From Dehalococcoidia bacterium (GTDB lineage Bacteria; Chloroflexota; Dehalococcoidia; UBA2979), in contig JBJKVL010000011.1 in assembly GCA_045562675.1 (NCBI GenBank), positions 21,092 to 85,091 on the forward strand: a stretch of DNA of 64,000 nt, given 5' to 3'. How positions within the stretch are numbered: position 1 is the first letter of the stretch; each line of letters begins with the position of its first letter. Under the pieces are notes generated by a model. That model was not told the DNA's origin, made no database searches, and saw only the letters and a program-made list of their open reading frames with translations. Both the position numbers and the translations under genes were made by a program. Below, one piece after another: positions 29,414 to 38,542 of the stretch.

Positions 29414-29965
29414 ATGGGGAAATTTAATTTCATTACAAAAATAATTATTAAATTAGATATTAATCCAAATATTGTTACGTTAACTGGCGCAATCGGAACT
29501 ATTATTGGAGGGGTGTTGTTGATCTTTGATTTAAGAATAGCATCGATATTATTTATTGCTATCTTTAGTCTTTTCGATGCAATGGATGGAACTATTGCAC
29601 GAGTACAAAATAAACAATCAAGCCTAGGTAAATTTTTAGATTCTAACTTAGATCGTATCGCAGATACAGCTATTTTTTTAGCTATAATGAGCCAACTTAA
29701 TTTAGAAGAAATATCTACTTTATACATATTAATGGCTGCGCTCGCCGTATCATTAATTACATCTTATATCCAGGCGACTGCTGAAATTGCAAATGTAAAA
29801 ATCCTATCAGGGCCATTAAGTAGATTGCCAAGAGTTTTATTATTATTAAGTGCAATAATTACTCAACAATATAGAAATATTTTAATTATCATTTTAATAT
29901 TGGGTATTGTGACTGTCGTGCTTAGATTATATTCTGGATTAATTAGAATTAAAGAAAAGAGTTAA
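29414..29965 (+). CDS. CDP-alcohol phosphatidyltransferase family protein
   Basis: DAMDGTIAR...GKFLDSNLDRIADTA matches D-x2-DG-x2-AR...G-x3-D-x3-D; multi-TM, 183 aa. Confidence 0.75.
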   Translation: MGKFNFITKIIIKLDINPNIVTLTGAIGTIIGGVLLIFDLRIASILFIAIFSLFDAMDGTIARVQNKQSSLGKFLDSNLDRIADTAIFLAIMSQLNLEEISTLYILMAALAVSLITSYIQATAEIANVKILSGPLSRLPRVLLLLSAIITQQYRNILIIILILGIVTVVLRLYSGLIRIKEKS

Positions 29966-29966
29966 A

Positions 29967-30758
29967 TTGCTAGATAATCAAGTAAAACAGGGAATATTTA
30001 ATCATTTTTCTTCATCGCTAATTGGTCAAGTCAGCCTTGATGTTTGGCTAGAAGACAAGCCAACAATTGCCAGAGTAGATCAAGATGAATGTATCCATTG
30101 TAATGATGTCAAAAATGTATCTAAGGAAATTAGTAATTTACATCCAAATATATCATTGACTTATTATGATATGGGGCAACATTCTTCGAGAGCATCCGAT
30201 GAGCAAATTGAACTTGCGCCAACCACAATCGTTCGTGGGAATGCACGATCAATCAGATTTATTGGATTTTGGTGGGGTGCATTATTTCCAGCTTTTTTAG
30301 ACACTATTATCACAATTGGTAATGGCATTCCTGTTTTATCACCAGAAAACCAACAACTAATAAGTCAAATTAATGAAAAAATAAAAATAGACTTATTTTT
30401 ATCACCTTTCGAAAATATTTCTACAAATCAAATGATTATTCTTTCAAATATTGCATTAATGTCTAATAAAGTATCATTGAATATTTATGAAATGTCTGAA
30501 TTTCCAATTTTAGCTAAAGCTAAGAATATCAGTAAAATTCCTACTATCGATATAAATGGTACTCGAATAGAAGGCGGTCTTGAGGAAGATGCATTATGTT
30601 CCCATATTCAAAAAATTGCTTCTGGTAACAAAGATATCATATTAAAGTTAGATAACCCATCAATGCCCTATATTAGCGAAGATGAGGCAAAAAAAATGCA
30701 AGGTAATAATCAGCAGCAATCAGAAAACAGTGGAATTATTTTGCCTGGACAAAATTAG
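29967..30758 (+). CDS. thioredoxin-fold protein with tandem Trx-like domains (CxxC in the first; glutaredoxin-like/PDO-type architecture)
   Basis: TTG start directly after the preceding stop. CIHC motif in domain 1; domain 2 has the Grx-like pattern (FPILAKAKNISKIPTIDINGTRIEG) without CxxC. Confidence 0.5.
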   Translation: MLDNQVKQGIFNHFSSSLIGQVSLDVWLEDKPTIARVDQDECIHCNDVKNVSKEISNLHPNISLTYYDMGQHSSRASDEQIELAPTTIVRGNARSIRFIGFWWGALFPAFLDTIITIGNGIPVLSPENQQLISQINEKIKIDLFLSPFENISTNQMIILSNIALMSNKVSLNIYEMSEFPILAKAKNISKIPTIDINGTRIEGGLEEDALCSHIQKIASGNKDIILKLDNPSMPYISEDEAKKMQGNNQQQSENSGIILPGQN

Positions 30759-30760
30759 CA

Positions 30761-32191
30761 TTATTCCTGCCATAATTTCTTAATTATTTTCAACATAGCA
30801 AAAATAAATGTAACACCAAACAATAGCAAAACTAAACTTTTTGTATTTTGATAGAATGGACTGCTATTTACATCAGGATCAATCTTTTCATTTGATGATT
30901 TATTTTTTGATGAAGTGTTATCACCTGCCTGTAATGAACGAGGTGTAGTTAATGGTTTGATCACTGGTGATGTAGTCAAATTATTGCCTACATCTAATTT
31001 TTCTAATATTACTTTAGGCATTTTATGAAATTCTCTCCATGCTAAATACAAGGAGTCTTGATTATAATTATATGTCTGAAATAAAGCGTCCTCTAATCCA
31101 TTATCTGCTTTTAATTTTTGAAAGAAACTTTTATATTTATCTTCACCAAACTCTTCAATTAAGTATTTTGTTACAGAATATGACTGTGCATAAAATGCAT
31201 TAACTTTTTCTGGAGTACCAGGCTTACCCTGAATAGAAGACAGTCGAAATACAGTATCACGTTGTATCATGTCTGAAATTATAAAATCATAATTTGGGCT
31301 ATCCATCAAATATACTGCCAAGCCTTCATCTACCCAAAAAGGCAACTTAGTAAATGAACCTTCACCAGCTATTTGAGTCATGATATGAGTAATTTCATGT
31401 TTGATTATACTTTCATTACCAGCATATCGATGTACTACATCAGATCGATATTTCACTCCTTCAGTCACAGTGCGCTCACTAAATTTCTTGCTTTTGGGAG
31501 GAGCAGCTAACGATGCATCGTTAGGTGTCCTGTAGTAGATAATTCTTATTGGAAACTTAATTTCAATATCGAGTAAATTAACTGCTTCATTAGTTACATC
31601 ATTAGCTGCAGAGTATGCATTAATAATATCTCTATCTTCATTATCATAAAAAAATAAATCTAAATTATTTGTTTCACTAATTTTTTTCCATTTAAATTGT
31701 CCATCAAGAAATATAAAATTATATGTTTCCGTTCTTACAAAATTATTATTATTATCAATAAACTCCCAATAATACTCAAAAATAGAACCAACTGGGATAT
31801 ATAAACTGTTAGAAGACCCTTTATTTGAATCTAGATCAACAATAAATGCTGCTTCGCCCTTGGCAGAATCATTTAACCACTGGATTTTTTTTGGATTTTG
31901 TAAAGATGCTTCTTGATCTCCAAGTGTTTCTACTTGATTATCTGAAGGATTTGGCAAAGAATAAAACAACTTAGCTGATTTAAATTGTTTTTTTCCATTT
32001 TGAACAGCAGCAAAAGAAATTATTCTCGGATCATCGCTGTTTACACCTATAAACGTAATGCCATTAATTGGCTCAGATATTTTATGTAAAATTGATATAT
32101 CATTTGAATCTTCAGCATAGACATTTACAACAGCAATAAGCAAAAAAATACTTGAAGAAAACAATGAAAATAATATTTTATAAACAGACAA
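30761..32191 (-). CDS. secreted/membrane-anchored putative zinc metallopeptidase (HExxH)
   Basis: Signal peptide, HEITH followed by a downstream Glu (WVDEGLAVY), and a C-terminal hydrophobic anchor; no close family recognisable by eye. Confidence 0.5.
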   Translation of the reverse strand: MSVYKILFSLFSSSIFLLIAVVNVYAEDSNDISILHKISEPINGITFIGVNSDDPRIISFAAVQNGKKQFKSAKLFYSLPNPSDNQVETLGDQEASLQNPKKIQWLNDSAKGEAAFIVDLDSNKGSSNSLYIPVGSIFEYYWEFIDNNNNFVRTETYNFIFLDGQFKWKKISETNNLDLFFYDNEDRDIINAYSAANDVTNEAVNLLDIEIKFPIRIIYYRTPNDASLAAPPKSKKFSERTVTEGVKYRSDVVHRYAGNESIIKHEITHIMTQIAGEGSFTKLPFWVDEGLAVYLMDSPNYDFIISDMIQRDTVFRLSSIQGKPGTPEKVNAFYAQSYSVTKYLIEEFGEDKYKSFFQKLKADNGLEDALFQTYNYNQDSLYLAWREFHKMPKVILEKLDVGNNLTTSPVIKPLTTPRSLQAGDNTSSKNKSSNEKIDPDVNSSPFYQNTKSLVLLLFGVTFIFAMLKIIKKLWQE

Positions 32192-32201
32192 TTTATTTAC
32201 C

Positions 32202-33300
32202 TTATTTCATTAACAAATATGATTTTATAAACTCATCAATGGCTCCGTCAAGTACCGCGTTGACATTAGAAGTTTCAATATTTGTACGTAAATCCTTAAC
32301 CATCTTATAGGGATGCAAAACATAAGAACGAATTTGATTACCCCAACCGGCAACAATATGTTCTCCACGTTCTTCTAATAACACTTTTTCTTTTTCTTCC
32401 AACTGCAATTTAAGTAATTTTGACTTCAAAACCATTAATGCAGTTTCTCTATTCCTAGCCTGTGATCTTTCATTTTGGCACGTAACGACAATTCCAGATG
32501 GTATATGAGTAATGCGTACTGCTGTATCGTTCTTTTGCACACTTTGACCACCGTGGCCAGAGGCACGATAAGTATCAATACGTATGTCTTCTTGACTAAT
32601 TTCTATATTATCATTTCCATCATCAACTTTTGGGCTAGCTTCTACAAGTGCAAAACTAGTATGACGAGACTTTGAAGCATCAAAAGGTGAAATTCTAACT
32701 AATCTGTGCACCCCTTTTTCAGCTTTTAATAATCCATATGCCTTATCACCTGTAACAGAAAATTGCACAGATTTAATTCCTGCTTCGTCACTAGCATTTA
32801 TAGAAATAATTTCAGTGATAAATTTATTATTCTTGGCCCATCTTAAATACATTCTGAGAAGCATTTCTGCCCAATCTTGAGCTTCAGTCCCTCCTGCACC
32901 TGAATGAATAGAAATTAGTGCATCATGCAAGTCATATTCTTCTTTAAAAGTAATCTCTAGCTGAATTGCAGACACTTGATTTTCGTAATCATTTATTAAA
33001 ACTACTAATTCTTTAAACAATTCATCAGTGTTGTCTTTTTCACTATCTATAAGAGACAACGCAGTGCTAATATCTCCAGATATAGACTCAATGCGTTCAA
33101 TCTGATGCTGCAAATTTTCTATTTTGTTAATTTCTTGCATAACATCTTTAGCCTGACGTGGATCATTCCAGAAATCTTCCTTGTTTGACGTAGCAAGAAG
33201 TGTATCAAGGTGTTTCTTTTTAGCTTTTAGGTCAAAGACTCTCCAAAATTTGATTGAAAAGTTTTTTTATTTCATTATATTTATTTTTAAGTTCATCCAT
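32202..33300 (-). CDS. prfB: peptide chain release factor 2 (programmed +1 frameshift)
   Basis: Frame 0 runs from the complement of 33300 (MDELKNKYNEIKKLFNQILES L) into CTT TGA C, with an internal GGAG SD 3 nt upstream. The +1 frame continues from the complement of 33233 to the stop at 32202, carrying GGQ (GHGGQSV) and SPF motifs; spliced length 365 aa. Confidence 0.85.
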
Positions 33301-33314
33301 ATTTTTGACCAAAT

Positions 33315-34196
33315 TTAACTATTTAACTTAGCAGCACGCAATGTATTGCTCACAACCATGGCAATCGTCATTGGACCAACGCCACCAGGAACAGGAGTGA
33401 CCATTGAAGCTTTTGAGAGTACTGAATCAAAATTAACGTCACCAACTAATTTATAACCATTTTTATTATTTTTATCATCTACTCTATTAATACCAACGTC
33501 AATTATCACCGCTCCTTCTTTAATCATTGTGTCATCTATAAATTCAGCTAGACCAGTAGCAACGATTAGTATGTCTGCTGTTTTTGTCACGCTCGATAGA
33601 TCTGTTGTAGCACTATGTGCCAATGTTACCGTTGCATCTCCTTTATCTGATTTCATAGATAGCAACGCAGACAATGGCTTGCCCACTAAAGTTGAACGGC
33701 CTACAACTACTACATTCTTTCCTGGGATTACAACTCCATTTCTCTGTAATAATTCTCTGACTCCAAGAGGAGTTGCTGGGATAAAATTTGGCTCTCCTTT
33801 AAGCAAAGCGCCCAAATTATTATTTGATAATCCATCAACATCTTTATTAATATCTATGGCAGCAAGAATTACTGAACTTTCAATTTGTTTAGGCAAAGGT
33901 AGCTGAACTAATATTCCACTTATACTTTCATCGATATTCAATTTCTTGATTATATCTAATAGATCTTGAGTTGATATTGACGATTCCAATTTGATTGTAT
34001 TATGGGTCATCCCTACTGATTCACAAGCACGACCTTTATTTCTAACATAAACTTCAGAGGCAGGATCATTACCAACAATGATTGCAGTTAAGTGTGGAGG
34101 GGCATTGCCTAATTGAACAAATTGCTCTACCTCTTTAGCAATTTCATTTCTAATATTACCTGCGATTAGTTTTCCGTCAATTAATTTAGTTTCCAT
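33315..34196 (-). CDS. folD: bifunctional methylenetetrahydrofolate dehydrogenase/methenyl-THF cyclohydrolase
   Basis: YVRNKGRACESVG and GVGPMTIAMV motifs; 293 aa. Confidence 0.92.
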   Translation of the reverse strand: METKLIDGKLIAGNIRNEIAKEVEQFVQLGNAPPHLTAIIVGNDPASEVYVRNKGRACESVGMTHNTIKLESSISTQDLLDIIKKLNIDESISGILVQLPLPKQIESSVILAAIDINKDVDGLSNNNLGALLKGEPNFIPATPLGVRELLQRNGVVIPGKNVVVVGRSTLVGKPLSALLSMKSDKGDATVTLAHSATTDLSSVTKTADILIVATGLAEFIDDTMIKEGAVIIDVGINRVDDKNNKNGYKLVGDVNFDSVLSKASMVTPVPGGVGPMTIAMVVSNTLRAAKLNS

Positions 34197-34276
34197 AAAA
34201 AACGATCCTCAATTAGTAAATAATATTATACTAAAATAGTAAAACATATGAATAAATGATTTTTTTGGAATAGAAA

Positions 34277-34666
34277 ATGGATATAAACGAAATGCAGGCA
34301 ATAGGTATCGATGCTATAGAGATTGATCGAATAAAGAAAGTGTATAAAAAATTCGGTGATAAATTTCTTTCAAGAATCTACACACAAAAAGAAATAGCTT
34401 TCTGTAGAGGGAGAATATTAGAATTATCAGCTCGATTCGCTGGAAAAGAAGCTGCGATGAAAGCACTTGGTACTGGGATTATCGGCATAAGTTGGAAAGA
34501 AATTGAAATTTTATCCAATCGTAGAGGAAAGCCAGTAATTCACTTTCATGGAAAAGCGAAAAAAAGAGCTAATGATATGAAATTACGTGCCACTGATATA
34601 TCAATTACGCATTTAAATTCAATTGCAATAGTCATTGTAGTGGGTGTTTCAGAAAAGGAAAAATAA
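34277..34666 (+). CDS. acpS: holo-[acyl-carrier-protein] synthase
   Basis: IGIDAIEIDRI... and FAGKEAAMKALG; 129 aa 4'-phosphopantetheinyl transferase. Confidence 0.85.
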   Translation: MDINEMQAIGIDAIEIDRIKKVYKKFGDKFLSRIYTQKEIAFCRGRILELSARFAGKEAAMKALGTGIIGISWKEIEILSNRRGKPVIHFHGKAKKRANDMKLRATDISITHLNSIAIVIVVGVSEKEK

Positions 34667-35407
34667 GTGGATCAAAATAGCATTGTAACCATTTCAGAAA
34701 TACAAAAAGCAGAAAATAAAACTTTCAATTCAGCAAAGAAAGTCAATTTAGCAATTGAAAATGCAGGTTTAATTATTGCTCAAGAAGCATCAATTAATGC
34801 AAATTACAATGAAGAGTTAAATGTGCTAATTCTAGTTGGTCCGGGTAATAATGGTAGTGATGCATTGGTAGCTGCAAGATTACTTGCGGAGTGGAGTTCA
34901 ATCGTTAATATTTTTTTACTTAAAGAAAGAAATGATTTATCTAAATTTTTAAAAAAAATGGAAAAGAAAATAAATTTCATTGAAGTTATATCAAAAATTA
35001 GTCCTGAAAAACAAAAAAAAATTATGCAACAAAGTCACTGTATCATTGATGGACTATATGGAATTGGCTGGGATTTAGATAGAAAGGACTCTGAATTAAA
35101 CAAAATTGGTGAGCAATTAATTAAAAGAGTAAACAATAATAAAAAATTCACACTATCAATTGATATACCATCAGGAATTAATGCAAATACTGGCCAGTCA
35201 GCAAAAAATACTATTTTTGCTGACATAACAGTCACTTTTGGTGCGCTGAAAATAGGTATGACTCAAGAGCCTGCTCTCTCGCATGCTGGAAATATAATTG
35301 TAGAAAATCTTGGGATTGATAAAAATATTGCAAAAAATACAGCTAAAATAATTTCTTTAGATAAATCAATAATGAAACCACTAATAAGAAAAAAAAACAA
35401 GTCATAA
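34667..35407 (+). CDS. nnr: NAD(P)H-hydrate epimerase domain (YjeF-N) of Nnr; ends in an A9 run where the frame breaks
   Basis: LVGPGNNGSDALVAARLL motif of the YjeF-N family. The stop lies 18 nt after the A9 homopolymer at 35389..35397. Confidence 0.75.
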   Translation: MDQNSIVTISEIQKAENKTFNSAKKVNLAIENAGLIIAQEASINANYNEELNVLILVGPGNNGSDALVAARLLAEWSSIVNIFLLKERNDLSKFLKKMEKKINFIEVISKISPEKQKKIMQQSHCIIDGLYGIGWDLDRKDSELNKIGEQLIKRVNNNKKFTLSIDIPSGINANTGQSAKNTIFADITVTFGALKIGMTQEPALSHAGNIIVENLGIDKNIAKNTAKIISLDKSIMKPLIRKKNKS

Positions 35408-36242
35408 AGGTAATTTTGGAAAATTATTAATTATAGCTGGTTCAAGGCAATACCCTGGTGCTGCGATTTTGACTTGCGAAAGTGCACTGATTGCTGGTGC
35501 AGGTTTAATTAAGCTTTTTTCAACAAAATTTGTTCAGCAAACAACTGTGATTAAATTACCTGAAATAACACTCTCTCATACACAAAATGGTGAATATTTA
35601 AATATGGACTCCTATGAAGAATTTGTAGATAATGTAAATAATTTTGATGCAATTATTTTGGGTCCAGGGATCTCACAAAATAAAAGTACCATTGATTTAA
35701 TAATCAAAATAATTGATTTTTTGAGAAAAAATCCATCATCACCGCCAATAGTAATAGATGCAGATGGTTTAAATATTTTATCTCAAATCAATAAATGGCC
35801 TATCAAGTTATCAAAAAAATTTATACTAACACCGCATGCAGGAGAAATGGCTAGATTAATGAATCTATCAACAAAAAAAGTAAATAATAACAGATTGTCA
35901 ATAAGCAAAGAGCTAGCAAAAAAAACAAACTCAATCATATTATTAAAAGGTTCAGGGACAATTCTAACCAATGAAAAAGAAATGCTGATTTCTAATAAAT
36001 CTGTTCCTGCATTAGCGACAGCTGGCACAGGAGATATATTAAGTGGATTAATAGGTGGATTGATTGCTCAGGGAGTTCCTCCAATACATGCTGCATCGAC
36101 CGCAATCTATCTCCATGCAGAATCGGGAATATTAGCACAAAAAGATATCGGCAAAATTTCTAGTAAAGCATCAGACCTATTTAGATATTTACCTCAAGCA
36201 ATTAATCAAATTTCTGAAAATAATAATAAAAAAATTCTTTGA
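35388..36242 (+). CDS. nnr: ADP-dependent NAD(P)H-hydrate dehydratase domain (YjeF-C) of Nnr; conserved N-terminal motif lies upstream of the first canonical start
   Basis: In this frame, residues from 35403 encode HKGNFGKLLIIAGSRQYPGAAILTCESALIAGAGL, the conserved GxxG...GS..Y.GA motif, before the first TTG at 35469. The frame is open back to the A9 run. Confidence 0.7.
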   Translation, partial: EKKTSHKGNFGKLLIIAGSRQYPGAAILTCESALIAGAGLIKLFSTKFVQQTTVIKLPEITLSHTQNGEYLNMDSYEEFVDNVNNFDAIILGPGISQNKSTIDLIIKIIDFLRKNPSSPPIVIDADGLNILSQINKWPIKLSKKFILTPHAGEMARLMNLSTKKVNNNRLSISKELAKKTNSIILLKGSGTILTNEKEMLISNKSVPALATAGTGDILSGLIGGLIAQGVPPIHAASTAIYLHAESGILAQKDIGKISSKASDLFRYLPQAINQISENNNKKIL

Positions 36243-36319
36243 TCTGATAAATATTTACATTTTGTTAAATTACCTGATTCTTGCTGTACACTATAATATG
36301 TATATTGAGGAATGCTAAT

Positions 36320-38542
36320 ATGCCAAAATCTCAAATTACGTATATGTTTCCTGGCCAAGGAGCACAATATCCCTCCATGGCAGAACTAATTTGTAAAGTA
36401 TCAAAACAAGCATTTAGAGTCTTTGAAGAAGCAAATGATATATTAAATTATAATTTATTAGATTTATGTATAAATGGTTCTGAAGATGATTTAAAGAATA
36501 CATTGATAACTCAGCCTGCTATCGTTGTCACATCAATGGCTTTATATAAAGGTCTTGAAGAAAAATTAACTGAAGAAGGAATAAATATTTTTCCTGATAT
36601 TTTATCTGGGCATTCATTAGGTATTCTAACAGCAGCAATAGCGAGTAATAGTCTCACATTAAAAGATGGTATTGAAATTGCATCAAAGCGTGGGGGTATA
36701 ATGTCAAAAAATTATGATATTAAACCAGTTACAATGTCAGGGATCATCGGTCTAAATATTGATACAGTAGAAGAAATTTGTAATGAAGCTACTACATCTC
36801 AGAAGAATAGAGTAGATGTAGCTAATTATAATTTGGAAAATCAAATTGTGATATCCGGTCATACGAGTGCAGTAAATAAAGCTGAAAAAATAGCGCAGAG
36901 TAAAAAGGCAAAGGTAATTAATTTAAAAGTAAGAGTATCCAGTCACACTTCATTGCATATTGAAGAGTCAAATGAATTTGCAGAAATCATTAATAATTAT
37001 GATTTTGTTGAGCCAGAAATACCCGTTCTATCAAATATATCATCTAAGATCCTAAACTCCGCAGAGAAAATCAAATTTGAACTATCTAACCAAATGCATA
37101 AGCCAGTTCTTTGGTACAAAAATATGGAAACGCTTTCAATAAATAATATAAATATATTTATTGAAATTGGCCCAGGTAATGTTCTTTCAAGATTAGTAAA
37201 AAAATTTATGCCACATGTTTTAAGTTTTTCAATTTCAAAAGATTCAATAGAAAACTATCCTATAGGAAAGATTTTAGACCATAAGGGAAAAATTCTAATG
37301 CATAGACGAATTGTCATAACTGGAATTGGTATGCTGACACCGCTGGGTAATACTACAGATAGCACATGGGAGTCTCTTGTAAATGGTCAGTCTGGAATCG
37401 ACTACATTGAATCATTTGATACTTCGAATTTTGAATGTAAATATGGTGGGGAATTAAAAAATTTCAATGAAAATGAGTTTATTAGTGAAAAATTAAATCG
37501 TCGCCTTGATAGATCTTCAGTACTCGCTCTTGCAGCATCAAGGCAAGCAATAGAAGATGCTGGATTAAATCTGCCTTTTGAATATGCTGAAAGAACTGGT
37601 ATAGCATTGGGAACAGGTATTGGAGGTGCACACCTCTTAATTGAAAATTATGAGAAATTAAAAAATAAAGGACCGAGAAGAGTATCTCCTTTTCTAATTA
37701 CTCATATGCTTCCTGACACTGCAAGCGGCTTGCTGTCAATTGAATATGGAGCATTTGGACCCAATCTTGCAGTTACAGCTGCTTGCGCAACAGGAGGAAC
37801 GGTCATTGGAGAGGCTTACGAAATGATTAAAAGAGACGATGCAGATATTATGATTACTGGTGGCTTTGAAGCATCAATGCAACCAATTTACTTATCTGCA
37901 TTTCAATCAATGAAAGCGCTCGCGTTAGATGATGTACCTGCTAATGCATGCAAACCTTTTGATTTAAATAGAAGTGGATTTACTTTATCAGAAGGAGCAA
38001 CAATTTTAGTGATTGAAGAATTAAGTAGTGCAAAAAAGCGAAAAGCTAAGATTTATGCAGAAGTAATTTCATCAGCAAATGCTGCTGATGGTTATGATAT
38101 GGCTACTCCACATGAAAATGGCAGAGGTGTGAGTTTAGCAATAAAACAATCATTAAAAAAGGGAAATCTAAAACCTGAGATGATTAATTATATTAATGCA
38201 CATGGTTCTGGAACGCCCATTAATGATAAAGTTGAAACCAAAGCAATCAAATCAATTTTTGGTGATCATGCTTATAAATTATCTGTTTCTTCATCTAAAT
38301 CAATGACTGGTCATATGATGGGTGCAACTGGTGCAACTGAAGCAGCAATAGCAGCATTAGTATGTAAGGAACAATTGATCCCCCCAACAATTAATTTGCA
38401 AAATGCTGATCCAGATTGTGATCTGGATTATGTTCCAAATATAGCAAAATCTAAAGATGTCAATTATGCTATGAGTACTTCTGTAGGTCTTGGTGGACAC
38501 AATGCAGCAATTATTTTTAAAAGATGGGAAAATGATGACTGA
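36320..38542 (+). CDS. fabD: fusion protein: malonyl CoA-ACP transacylase (FabD) domain + beta-ketoacyl-ACP synthase I/II domain
   Basis: The ATG at 36320 is preceded by GAGG. The FabD domain carries FPGQGAQ and GHSLG. A linker is followed by a KAS domain (IVITGIGMLTPLGN; active Cys in AACATGG; NAHGSGT; SMTGHMMGA). The continuous ORF in the track is 753 aa from an upstream TTG; 741 aa from the ATG at 36320. Confidence 0.8.
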   Translation: MPKSQITYMFPGQGAQYPSMAELICKVSKQAFRVFEEANDILNYNLLDLCINGSEDDLKNTLITQPAIVVTSMALYKGLEEKLTEEGINIFPDILSGHSLGILTAAIASNSLTLKDGIEIASKRGGIMSKNYDIKPVTMSGIIGLNIDTVEEICNEATTSQKNRVDVANYNLENQIVISGHTSAVNKAEKIAQSKKAKVINLKVRVSSHTSLHIEESNEFAEIINNYDFVEPEIPVLSNISSKILNSAEKIKFELSNQMHKPVLWYKNMETLSINNINIFIEIGPGNVLSRLVKKFMPHVLSFSISKDSIENYPIGKILDHKGKILMHRRIVITGIGMLTPLGNTTDSTWESLVNGQSGIDYIESFDTSNFECKYGGELKNFNENEFISEKLNRRLDRSSVLALAASRQAIEDAGLNLPFEYAERTGIALGTGIGGAHLLIENYEKLKNKGPRRVSPFLITHMLPDTASGLLSIEYGAFGPNLAVTAACATGGTVIGEAYEMIKRDDADIMITGGFEASMQPIYLSAFQSMKALALDDVPANACKPFDLNRSGFTLSEGATILVIEELSSAKKRKAKIYAEVISSANAADGYDMATPHENGRGVSLAIKQSLKKGNLKPEMINYINAHGSGTPINDKVETKAIKSIFGDHAYKLSVSSSKSMTGHMMGATGATEAAIAALVCKEQLIPPTINLQNADPDCDLDYVPNIAKSKDVNYAMSTSVGLGGHNAAIIFKRWENDD

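Noticed and set aside
29362-29727. 121-aa minus-strand ORF overlapping the end of truB and the CDP-alcohol phosphatidyltransferase gene.
   Set aside because: It is antisense to two well-supported genes, with no motif support; it is a shadow ORF. The same judgement applies to 7279..7503, 8198..8404, 10496..11131, 12374..12556, 13760..14090, 22323..22607, 25263..25490, 26192..26488, 33529..33906, 38357..38902, 43103..43525 and similar ORFs nested antisense within assigned genes.
36243-36319. Looked for a missing acpP (acyl carrier protein) or fabG in the spacers around the fabD-KAS locus.
   Set aside because: No ORF of 70-90 aa with an LGxDSL phosphopantetheine-attachment motif occurs in any frame near 34197..39773; ACP must be encoded elsewhere.
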